A stretch of DNA of 63,807 nucleotides, filler included, from Hausera hauseri (taxonomy: Eukaryota): NCBI GenBank assembly GCA_046269625.1. It is 12 parts of 12 records of this genome, joined end to end, with 100 filler letters (N's around TTAATTAATTAA, not from the genome) between each part and the next. Parts side by side here need not be neighbours in the genome. Positions count along the whole stretch, not along the records: positions 23,226 to 27,950 come from JBJURY010460245.1; positions 28,051 to 34,817 come from JBJURY010067550.1; 10 more parts are not named here. One strand, written 5' to 3'. The translations under genes and the position numbers were made by a program. Positions 23,906-34,817 of this stretch are shown in pieces. The notes under the pieces were generated by a model. It was not told the DNA's origin. It saw only the letters and a program-made list of their open reading frames with translations, and did not search any database. Positions within the stretch are counted from its first letter, which is position 1. The number at the start of each line of letters is the position of its first letter.

Positions 23906-24916
23906 CTATATCTCTTCGTCTGTTATCTGATGTTCTTTCTTAGATGTACTTGGTTGCATGGAATCCCAGATATTTTCAAATAACGTTGGTCGTTGTGGTG
24001 GAACCGTTGGTTGGATGAATGGTGCGACTAATCTATCATCATATGGGTCTATCCATTCCCCGGTTGGTCTAATTCTGACAAGTTCTTGCGAATATTTATC
24101 AGCATCCATATCTGGATATCTTTGAGTTATTGGTTCGATTACCGGGATTGGTCTTGCTTCTTCAGTTTTCTCTAATTCTTTTATCGCTGGAAAAGCTATT
24201 TGTAACGTCTTTCGGCTTTCTATTATCCATGGTACATTATATTCCACTCGTGTCGTTTTCAGGTATTCATCTAAACATCTTTGTGCCATAATTTCCGAGT
24301 TATGACCATTATATAGGTCTAAGCATTTGTAGTTCCTATTTGTCTGTTCCAGATCATAGATAGCGGTTAGATTTTCGGGGTTTATATTCAATGTATTCAA
24401 CAATTCTGGTAACTGACGACCAATAATCGTTTTACCTGGTAAATATCTATCCATAAATTCGCTTATTGATTCTTGTCGTTGCGGATTGAATCGTCTACTA
24501 TATTCAGTATACTTAGTAGTATCCGGTAGGTTTGGGTATACATGAATATTAAGGATTGTTTTTCCTTCCAAATTTTTGGCAGTGACTTGAGTAAGTCCTT
24601 TTTGGTCTCCTTTAGTTATACATCTACCAGTAAGAATTATTTCACTGTCTTGCATTACAGGCTCATCCACAGCTAATATTGGTATATCCTTAAGCAATTG
24701 TATTAAATATACCGCGCAGTTATCCAAAGGTTGAATCTGATAATCTCCTTCATAAGGATAGTTAGGAAGTATCTTAGTTTCTTTAGAAACTATTACTGTT
24801 TTATTATTAATTTGCAATCGAGCTTCTCCTTGGTTAGTAATTATAGCACAAGGTGGATCCTTTCTTTTGATTCGAATATCAGTCCTTTTACGGTAAATCT
24901 TATCGATACCTCCCAT
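23906..24916 (-). CDS. Accessory ORF: cupin-like domain plus dead REX4-type DEDDh domain (~24255-24645)
   Basis: IITNQGEARLQI; IILTGRC...LTQVTAKNLEGKTILNIHVYP...YLPGKTIIGRQL...IYDL...GHNSEIMAQRCLDEY (compare gHsSveDA.a.m.LY). Confidence 0.6.
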   Translation of the reverse strand: MGGIDKIYRKRTDIRIKRKDPPCAIITNQGEARLQINNKTVIVSKETKILPNYPYEGDYQIQPLDNCAVYLIQLLKDIPILAVDEPVMQDSEIILTGRCITKGDQKGLTQVTAKNLEGKTILNIHVYPNLPDTTKYTEYSRRFNPQRQESISEFMDRYLPGKTIIGRQLPELLNTLNINPENLTAIYDLEQTNRNYKCLDLYNGHNSEIMAQRCLDEYLKTTRVEYNVPWIIESRKTLQIAFPAIKELEKTEEARPIPVIEPITQRYPDMDADKYSQELVRIRPTGEWIDPYDDRLVAPFIQPTVPPQRPTLFENIWDSMQPSTSKKEHQITDEEI

Positions 24917-25949
24917 ACAAATCGATCCTTGTTCAGCTATATCCGCGAACTCTATTCTTTCAGTTTTCTTGTCCTCAAACAGTTTATCTCATTTCTGAAC
25001 AATGCTTATGTCCATGCGCTGCAACACTGCCTCTGGAATTAAGATAGTATTGCATGTCATTTCACGTTGGAGATATCCATCGTTCTTATATAAAGGCCTA
25101 CTTGGAAAAATGAAATATAAAGGTCCTTGACGGTTAAGTTTAACCTGGTACTCTTGTTGTAGATTATTCAATTGTTGTAACAATGTATCTTCTCTTTTCC
25201 AATGGTCATTTGGTAAATTAAAATTCTGATCTACACTAAACGTACCAAAAATATCGGATTCCTTCAATTGTATTTCTTTAAACAACCATGGCAATTCTAC
25301 TCCAATTATAAGTTTTCCACAGAGTATTTGTCTAAGATGTTCATAGCATTTTTTTTCTCCCTATACACATCTTCCAATTCAATTATCAGATCCCCCTCGA
25401 TATTCTCTATTCTTATTTGGTTAATTTTTGATTTCTGTTTTTGTTCGTTAGTTTTATCTACTGCTACAAAGGTTGAAAGTAAATTTTTTATTTCTTTAGT
25501 TTCTGGCCATAACATGTATGGAAGTGTATTTCTTTGGATATCTGGCACTTTTCGTTCTGCCTGTTCCAATTGTTTTCTAGTTATGAAGGGTTTTTCCAGG
25601 ATAGTATTATTGGTTGGCAGTTCAGGTGTTAGTTGATGAGATTCCGTTACAGATTTTGTCATTAGCAAACCCGTAAAAGCTGATTTAGTTTGTTCATTAA
25701 AAGTTACTGAGCGGCGAGGCGAAGTGTTTCTTTCGTCGCTATTGCTTTTTCTGTTATCCGACAAATTTCCTTTTTCTCTCGTAGGACTACTATAAGGTGG
25801 TATTGCCGAATCCAGTTTTCTCTTATTGTAATTCCTAGAATGTTCTGGCGTCGAATTCCTATTATACCTTTATGGAGAAACACTCCTATTTGATGATATT
25901 TCGTTTCGTTTGAAATTGTAGTCCGACGATCGAGTATATCTATCATTAT

Positions 25950-27850
25950 TACCATTTAATCCTGGGGAAGGAGTTCGGTTTCCGCCTCTTGAAGGGTATG
26001 GACTAGGATTTCTATTATATCTATCCGATTCTTTTCGAGTCGGAGTGTAGTCGCGTCTTGTATCGTAATTTCCCGATCTTGAATCATTATAATCAGTTCG
26101 ATTATCGTTTCTAGGACTATGTCTTTCTCTACTATCACCCCGTCGATTATCTCTTTCTCTCTTATCACTTCTATTAAAATTATTATATCTTTCACGACTA
26201 TCCTGTCTTCTAAACCTTTCTCAACTCTCACTTCGCCTATCATTAGGATAGTTAGATCTTACTTGTTCCCGTCGATTATTTGGATATCTTGTTCGACTAT
26301 CGTCTCGTAGATATCGTGCTTGATTATCATCCCGTGGATATCGTATTCGACTATCATCTCGTTTATAGTATGAATTTCTATCCTCATAACGCCCAAAATT
26401 TCGGTCGTTGCTATATTTTTCTCTACTAGGGAATCGACTTTTATTATCATTTCTGTCTCTCGAATCACCTCGTGTTCTATCATATCTATTATCGTTTCGC
26501 TGTCGATCATCATAGTTTCCCCTATTTTGTTGATACTGCATATCTCTTTGGTTGCTATTATAATTTCTGGATGCTTGATTAAAACTTCTTCTTTCCGGGG
26601 TATTGCTTCGTTGAAATGTGTTGTTATCTGATCGGTTGGGACTTTGACTTCTCAATGAGTCCCTCCAAGGTGAATTACTACGATTTGGTACATAAGGTCT
26701 TACTAGTAATGGCGTCGTAGCTACTGCTGCCATTTGCATTTGGTTAGTCCATAAAGGTGTTTCATCTATTCGCGTTGCCATTTTTCTAGTATAGTCTATT
26801 AATTCATTAATATTGTTGGCAGTATGAAACTTAACTCCTTCTCTTAAGGGTGGTAAAAGTCCTAGTACAAATTGTTTCATTATCATGGCACTGAAAGCAT
26901 TTGCGTTATGACCAAAATATCTAGTCATTGCCGTTTTAAATCTATTAATGTAGATCAACACTTCTTCATTGGGCTTCTGCTTACAATTTTGGAATTTCAG
27001 ATGTCGATTCTCTTGTATATTAACCTGTTGATTTTGTAGAATTCTTTCTCGGTGTTGTAACCAAGTTTCGTTTACTCGTGGGGGTAGACGCGTTATTGCC
27101 ATCCTTAAATCATTATTCACATGTACTTGTAGGAGTGATATTTTCTTCGCGTCACTCCAATGCATGGCAGTGGCCAGAGAATCATATTTATCTAAGAAAT
27201 CTTCCAGGTCCGATACTCGTCCTTCATACGGTTGAAGGCGGGGAAGTGTTTGATATTTCTCTTCTCTTCATTGCAGTCATAGATAATATTATTATTGTTA
27301 GAATCACAGTTATATCTGTTTCGAGGAGCCGATGGCTCTCGATTATCCCTTTGTGGGTCCATGTTGTCGCTATCGATGTCAGAAATTTCACAAGACACTG
27401 AGCTTACATCTATTGAAAATTCAGATGTATGTACCTTTTCTTGACGTCGGGTTATTGCTTCTTCTGTCCTTGCTTGCTCAAGGCGTTCATTCAATCGGTC
27501 TATATCTCGTATCAACGTCTCTATTTAATTTCTAGTACAATTATTTCCTTCTTGAATCTGTTTCTGTTCGTTTACTATAACTGTTACGTGGTTCTGCATA
27601 TCATTTATCCTTTGTCTTACTTGTCTTTCATTGTTATCTATTTGTTCTCTGTTTCTATATAATGTAGCTATATTATCGATAGTTTGTTGTCGAATATCAC
27701 GCATTTGTCTAGAATAGATGCTAACTTCTTGTGCGAGTTGACCAGTTTTCTCATCCAATTCATTTAAACCCATACTATTATCATTCACTTTTTGCTCTAT
27801 TTGGGTGATTCTTCCTTCAACTTCGTCTAATCTTATACCATTATTCATAA
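25950..27850 (-). pseudogene. gag: Gag with an N-terminal coiled coil and a long Arg/Asp/Asn-rich C-terminus lacking CCHC
   Basis: HWSDAKKISLL...FQNCKQKPNEEVLIYINRF...KQFVLGLLPPLR, typical retrotransposon capsid motifs (Q..NE.V..Y..RF, F..GL). Confidence 0.85.
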
Positions 27851-28050
27851 CATCTGTCTCTATAGTTACTCCTTGTCGAGGTATATCCTGTATTTCTTCT
27901 ATTAGTTGTCGTATACTGTCGTCTGTTCGATCCTGTCTTGATCTTAAATCNNNNNNNNNNNNNNNNNNNNNNNNNNNNNNNNNNNNNNNNNNNNTTAATT
28001 AATTAANNNNNNNNNNNNNNNNNNNNNNNNNNNNNNNNNNNNNNNNNNNN

Positions 28051-28888
28051 CAAAAACCATCGGATGCGCTGCCACAGCGGCAAACCGTCAGGTATGGGTG
28101 GAAAAATCAAAAACACTGACAATGTGTGGACCGCTATACTTTGACTTTTTTGATCATCTGAAATACCTATTACCCGGTGTTAAAGCTATGATTTGGCTCA
28201 AACGAAGCGACAATGTCTTTTGTTTGAAAATCACCGTTGAAAATCTCAAACCCATACTAAAAATAACCGAGGCACGATTATACGTACGTCGAGTAAAAGT
28301 AGAACCGTCTGTGCTCATGGGACACCGATTGGGCTTGGAAACGAAAATGCCTATTACCCGATACAACGCACAGAACTCATCTTTTACACCATACCAAAAG
28401 GTTTAACTACGTTTTACAAAGGTGCATTGTTTGGTGACATGCGATTACCGAAATTTGTGCTTGTTACTTTTCAAACGACTGTTCAACAAACGAGCAGTTA
28501 TACCACCGATTCGGAAACGTATACCTACAGCAATGTGAATTACATCAGTTTGGGTCGGAATGCGGATTTCGTTGAGACGTACAAACAAGATTTTTAGTCT
28601 AATGATTTTGTTTGCACATATATGCAATCTATTGTGCACAATATGGGTTTGTTGAACAAAAATGTCACCAATGGTATATAGATGGATTTATTCAAATCTA
28701 CCTACCCATTCTTCACGTTTGTCTTGGATCCGGATTATGACGTTCAAAAGATTCAACTACTTCAGCAGGGAAACCTACGACTGGAGGTTCACTTTGCTAA
28801 AGCGTTGGAGCAATCTACCTTGATGTACATTTACGGTGTATTTGATGCCGAGGTTGAAATAACGAAAAACGGAATCGTCATTGTATAA
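28051..28888 (+). pseudogene. Maverick/Polinton major capsid protein (double jelly-roll), C-terminal part
   Basis: GPLYFDFF..KYLLPGV...LKITEARLYVRRVKV...RLPKFVLVTF...GNLRLEVHFAKAL...YGVFDAEVEI. Confidence 0.88.
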
Positions 28889-28974
28889 ATAAAATCCGCT
28901 GTGTCTCACCTTTTCTTCTTCGTCATACAATGAAGTAATTTACTATTATTATTATACTTAAATCACATTTTCAC

Positions 28975-29410
28975 ATTCAGCTCTACCGAGCTCAGTCATT
29001 ACTAAAAACTGCTATTGTGCGTGAAATTTTGTTGTGTTTCCACTGGACAGTGTGCCGCGTGATTTACAACAATCTGGCGGCTTTATTTTCAATACACAAA
29101 CTTCATCGTCGCCGGGCGAACATTGGATTGCTGTGTACGTCCATCCGGCCAACGTCGTCAGAGTATTCGATCTGCTCGGATTTTACTATCCGTCATCTTT
29201 AGTTTCTCAAATTGAACGGCAATCATCATCATACCGTGTTGAATATAATCGAGTTTATTATCAACATCCAATGACTATACTACGTGGACATTATTGCTTA
29301 TTGTGGCTAATATTACAATCACTTTTGTGAAATATATATGTATTATTTCCTTGCTGTTGTTTTGTGTACCAAAGAGCGAACAAATCATGAGAAATAATGA
29401 TGTAACAATC
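28975..29410 (+). pseudogene. Adenain-like cysteine protease (Maverick)
   Basis: FIFNTQTSSSPGEHWIAVY...FDLLG...YQHPMTILRGHYC (catalytic Cys of CG.yC changed to Arg). Confidence 0.88.
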
Positions 29411-29517
29411 ATTCTTCTCGTGAGTAGTAGTACTCAATTATGAGTTCGTCGTACAAAATAAAATCCACACGACTTTTTACAAATCGAACGAACGAACGCA
29501 TTTACAACGATGATGAT

Positions 29518-30669
29518 GATGATGATGATTTTGACTTTTTAATAATGTTTTTGTTGCATTTTTCACCGGGATTAATTGGTCTGATCGTGAGGTGGCTATA
29601 ATAGGAAATGCTCAACTACTGATGGATTACGTGCTCAACCCATTTCCACAACCAGCAGACTTGAACAATGGGAAATTTTTAGAGTTTGAAATTTCCCCAT
29701 CGATTTTTCCCCATGTTCCCATGGTCAGATAACGTTGAAATTGTGCGCATTCGATTCCCCGACATTGATTTGACATTTGCACCAAATATTGCGCAATTCG
29801 TAACTCGTGTCTCGTTTCTCATAAAACATTTCCTGCTTTGCTTCCTTTACTTCTAGCGCCGCCCAGTAATATTTTCGACTCTCGCTACGCTAGAAAAATT
29901 TTCTCGCGTCATCCAGCTTTACCGATGTCCGCCGGTGAAATGTGCGACAGGTGACGCGCTTCCAGCTGGGGGGGTCTCTGACCACAAAACATGAAATGCT
30001 CAGAATTGCGAGATAGGTGGGGAAAACTGGTTCCCAGCTCGATCTGAGCACTTTTTGAAAGTGGTTAGGAGAGGACACTTCTACCTACTATGATGATTTT
30101 GACTTTATATTGCGCTTTTTTGGTTGGTTGGTTCGTTCGTTTGATTGCATTTTTCAGCACGATCCGTTGGTCTGATCGTGAGGCGGTTATAATATGAAAT
30201 TTTCCTCAGCTTGTGGGCAATGTATTAGACCAATTTCCATCACCGGCAGACTTGAACATTGGGAAATTTTATCCGTTTGAAATTTTCCCATCTATTTTTC
30301 CCATGTTTCCATGGTCTGACTGACTTGCAACAGTGTCCATTGCAATCACCAATATTGATTTACCCCTTATACACATTTTCGCAGTGCTAGCAACATGTTT
30401 CGCGTTACACGTGGAGCACTTCCTGTTTTGCTTCTTCCTCTTCTAGCGCCTCTCCCTTACATTTCCGTAAGCCGCACCTCCGTTAACTTTTGCTCACCTT
30501 GTCACGCGCTATCGATATCACCTGGTCCGAACCTCTTTGCTCAACCTCATTTTCTGGACGGGGGTCGTGAAAAAAATTTAGTAAAATGTTCAGAATAGCC
30601 AATCAGGTGGGGAAAACTGGTCGGCGGACTAATCAGAGAAGTGTGGTGGAGAGCTCACTTCTACCTACT
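29518..30669 (+). repeat. Two diverged head-to-tail ~580-bp copies of a Maverick right terminal repeat
   Basis: Both units contain ttggtctgatcgtgagg and gcagacttgaaca.tgggaaatttt and end cacttctacctact (30089, 30669). Confidence 0.75.
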
Positions 30670-30839
30670 ATAATGAACCCTGTTCATATGTTCATCACGG
30701 AATAAAAGAAAAGATTGATGTACTAAAAGAAACTCCTTTACATTGCTCATTAACTACCATCCAAATAACAATTCAGTTGTTAAATATTTGTTTTCTTCAA
30801 ACTCTGAAATATTTGTTAACATTTCATTTGATCTACGTG

Positions 30840-33800
30840 GGGGAATGGAACACAATATTTGTTCAAGCGACGTTAAATCATCACCAACAACTTCTCCCTG
30901 CTTACGATTTTATCTCGATAAGGAAGGATTGGCATCCGAATTGCTCCAAGTTCATAAAGCATAGGCAATATCTACCGTTTTAGTTTCTTAACAGGACCAA
31001 GCATATTCTTTATTATCTGTTTTACTATGAGATACTTATAAAAAACTAATTAACGTTTCAGCATTGCTAACCAGTGCTACACCGTATGATGCAATACAGC
31101 AGGGAATTCTAAAACTAACTGATCCGCCATACGAACACTTAATTAAGAAACATTTCGTATGTAATCAGTTGGGTAACTCCACGCCGTCAGACCATCTTAG
31201 AAAAGCGTGATGCGAATTGAATCGACTGAACTGTGGGGTACCAGAAAACGAAGCATTTTCCGTCAACTTTTTCTTCCAGCATATATCCAAATGCTTTTAT
31301 CTATTGTCCAATGAGATACAAAATTAGACGATTTTGCAGCTGCCGCTGACAGAATTTATGAAACCTTAAAAACTGCACAAATGCCTACTATGCTGACCTC
31401 TCAGATACAGGTCTAAAATAAACTAGTTACGTCTACAGTCGATCAGTTACATCATTCACATAATTCTTCAAAAACCCTTGTTTCCCCGTCTTTTCACACT
31501 TCCCAGATGTAATTGGTAATAAAAGTCAGGAAAATAGAACTCGTGTCTCTGAATAACACCAAACAAGAAGATTGTATAAAAGTTCCCGTACATTTTCGGG
31601 TGCTAAGATTAACCACCAAGATTTACAATATCCAACACCCAGTAATTTGCAACAGTGATATGATAAGTGGTTTAAATTTTTCTTGAATGAAATCTCAATA
31701 TTGATTTAAACGACCCTCCAATGAAAACATCGAAACGAAAAAACAGGATGAAATACCAAAGTGTATTTTCTACGAAATGTCTAACTTTAACAGTAAAATT
31801 ACAATGAAAATGAAAGTAAAATTTCAATCAACAACTTGAAATGTTCATATTATCTTTAACTTGTTGTTTACTGTTAGAATTACTTTAAACAATATTGTTG
31901 TATTTACAAAAGGTCAGGAAAGTTCGGCATTTATCCATAAAACCACCGGCAATACTTAGTCTATCGGTTGAATATGACAGTCTGAATATGACAGTATTTC
32001 CAGTTGTAAATGCCATTGGAACTCGATGGTCTGATTATCCAAACTGAGGCCTTGAAATGTCTAGGCAAATCGAATTAATGTTTGTTTCACTTGTGAGATT
32101 CGCATTTCCCACTTGATATGTTGCATTGATATACGTATCGATAACATTCTCATTTATTTGCGCTTCTTTAACTAGAAAATCGATCAATTTACGAACGTGT
32201 CTTGCGGTTCAGATATTTTCCTTCACTGTAAATAATAATCCAAATCATTTGTTTTTTGAATATTTGAAACCTTCATTAGAACCACATAATTCAAAGCAAA
32301 CAATATACGAATTAATGTCGGTGAACGTTCTCAACATAATTTATCATTGTTGCGATAGAAACAAATCTCTGTCTAGAATGCATCACCGACCGTTGAACTG
32401 TTGGAAAACCCTTGACTTCGTTTTGAATTACCTTGTGGAAACATTTTATTCGGACTTCCAAAATTCATTTGAAAATAGATTTTGATGGAAGTATTCAAGT
32501 ATGTGATATTAAAATGTCGAATGTAAGCTTAGTTCAACGGCAAGATACTCCGAGGGAGAAAAACCAGGCCGCGGCCAACAGCGCAATCCGGGCGAAACCG
32601 ACGCACCCTCCAGTATCCGGCCAAAATGGGCCAGGGGGCCTCAAAGCATGGTGGGTACCACACAAGAATTCCATATATCAAACGGATCAGAAAATCTCAC
32701 TACAATCACCAATAGCTAACCTTTCAAATATGTTTAACGATTTTATTCATACCTAATCCATACAATATCGACGTACAAACGACACAATATACCGCCTCAC
32801 TAAACAAACCCCTCCAATAACAATTTAGATTCATTTGCTTCTATCGCACAAAATTCAAAGAAACTAGGAAATACTATATAGGATGCCGATTCTATAATAA
32901 ACAAAATTGTTACATTTTTCCGACATGTATTTTTCATTCTAAATATAGAAACGCTGCACAAAATTGTCTGAAAAGTTGTACGGACCAAAACAGTTATTTC
33001 ACAGAAGACAACGATCTTGAACAGTCAAGAAATCAAAATTATCCACACAAACCATATTTAAACTAACTAGCAAGCCCAAGCCTCCGGTAACCTTCGGTTC
33101 TGGCCTAATTACTACTTTGCAGATCCCTACTCTTCACAAAATTCAACATCTCCATACATATTTTAATAACAGCGTCACTTGAATCATCTCAAAACTCTCT
33201 CGTGGATTTTTAAGTCGATACTGGTTTTTCTATTTTTGTTTTTCCTTTAAGCTACAAAAATGACAATAACTGTCAAAATAGTAACGTACTTCTTGCTGCA
33301 AATGGTACTATAATACGTACATCCGGACACCGTTAAATATTATTCAATATCCATAATATCCCCAGTACATTCACTTAGACAGTAACTGATATCCAACAAC
33401 CATTCTTGGGGTCCGACATCTTTGAAGAATTTGAACTACTACTGCCACATGACACTTATTTAAAAGTCACAAATAGCAAACATTTAATTCAATCTAACTC
33501 TTCGCCAAAAGCACTAAAACCTTGTCCGAAGAACTGCAGAGTTGCTACAATTCATTAATTAAGATTGTTCCAATATTATTAACAAATCTCTAAATTCTAA
33601 AAGTCCATGCGAAGTATTTCACTACATAAACACAAGCTCAAACTTCCAATAACATAACGACGACGAGAGTTGACGCAAAGCTGCTGAACAAGAATTCCTA
33701 CAACTCGAAAAAGACGGTATAGTTAGGCGGTCTACATCACCCCGGACATATCCATTACATATGGTATCCAAAAAGGATAACACGATAAGACCCTGTGGAG

Positions 33801-34817
33801 ATTATTGACGACTTAATTCTCTAACCACTCAAGGTAGCTACCTTCTGCCTTTCATAGCTGATATCTTTCATCGTCTCGACGGCTGAAAAATATTTTCCCC
33901 TATAGATATACATAAGGCCTATCATCAGATACCTGTCGTTACACCATATTTCCTAAAAACGGCCGTAACAACTCCATTTGGACTGTATGAATATCTATAC
34001 ATGCATTTTGTATTACATAATTTCGCACAAGTATTCCAAAGACATATTGATTCGGTCATATCAGATTTACATTTCTCATTCCCTTACATTGACGACATTC
34101 TCATAGCATCCAATAAGTTAAGCATCTGAAACGTATATTTTCACGACTCCATAAACATAATTTACAAATTAACTGGGGTAAATGTAATTTTCTATTTTCT
34201 CACATAACTTATAATTTCTATAAAATTTCAAAAGAATGTTACTCATCTCTACCCGAACGGTTACAATAAGTTAAAGAGGTACTTTTGCCCCTGACAATTT
34301 CAGACTTACATAGCTTCTTGGGGATGGTAAATTTTTGTCATAACTACATAACAAACTGCTCCATGTACACAGCTAAGCTTACAGCATTGTCTTCAGGACC
34401 ATAACGTTGGAAGATCCAATGGACTAAAGATCTTCAATCTGACTTTGAATTGTTAAAAACAAAATTAGAAAGCATTAAAATACTAGCATACCCAACATCA
34501 AACGCCCAATTGTTTCTAACCACAAATGCATCTAATGTCGCTGCTGGAGCAGTACATCACCAAAAAGTAAATGACGAACAACAAACTCTGGGATTTTTTA
34601 GTACTAAATTTAGTGCAGCTGGAACTAAATACACCACTTTCGACTGGGAGCTTCTTTCCATTTTTCTCGCTCTTAAATATTTCCGGTATATATCAGAAGG
34701 AATATATTTCATATGGCAAACGGATCACAAGCCGCTTGTACATATAATGCACATGAAAAACCCTTCTTCTAGACAAGAAAGACAAAAATCATTCCTTTCA
34801 CAGTTTTTGTTTGATAT
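30840..34817 (+). mobile_element. Decayed conventional Gypsy retrotransposon (gag, protease, RT, RNase H)
   Basis: gag LGNSTPSDHLR; protease VDTG (~33215); RT RPCGDY*RLN, KAYHQIP, TPFGLYEY, YIDDILIAS; RNase H TNASNVAAGAV, YTTFDWELL, TDHKPL. Confidence 0.88.

Larger units (their letters stand above)
23226..27950 (-). mobile_element. Second giant Gypsy-like element: gag, R/D/N-rich region, cupin-like domain, dead DEDDh, ubiquitin-like domain; no pol
   Basis: The whole contig is near-continuous minus-strand coding; no protease, RT or integrase motif seen. Confidence 0.7.

Noticed and set aside
25956-26513. Ile/Glu-rich ORFs (also 21866-22060)
   Set aside because: Alternative-frame reads of the R/D/N-rich gag tail
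17093-27950. Treating contigs 4 and 5 as one continuous element
   Set aside because: Each has its own divergent gag and they are separated by a linker
31660-32510. Apparent insertion between gag and pol of the contig-6 Gypsy
   Set aside because: No recognisable motif, TIR or TSD; could not be classified
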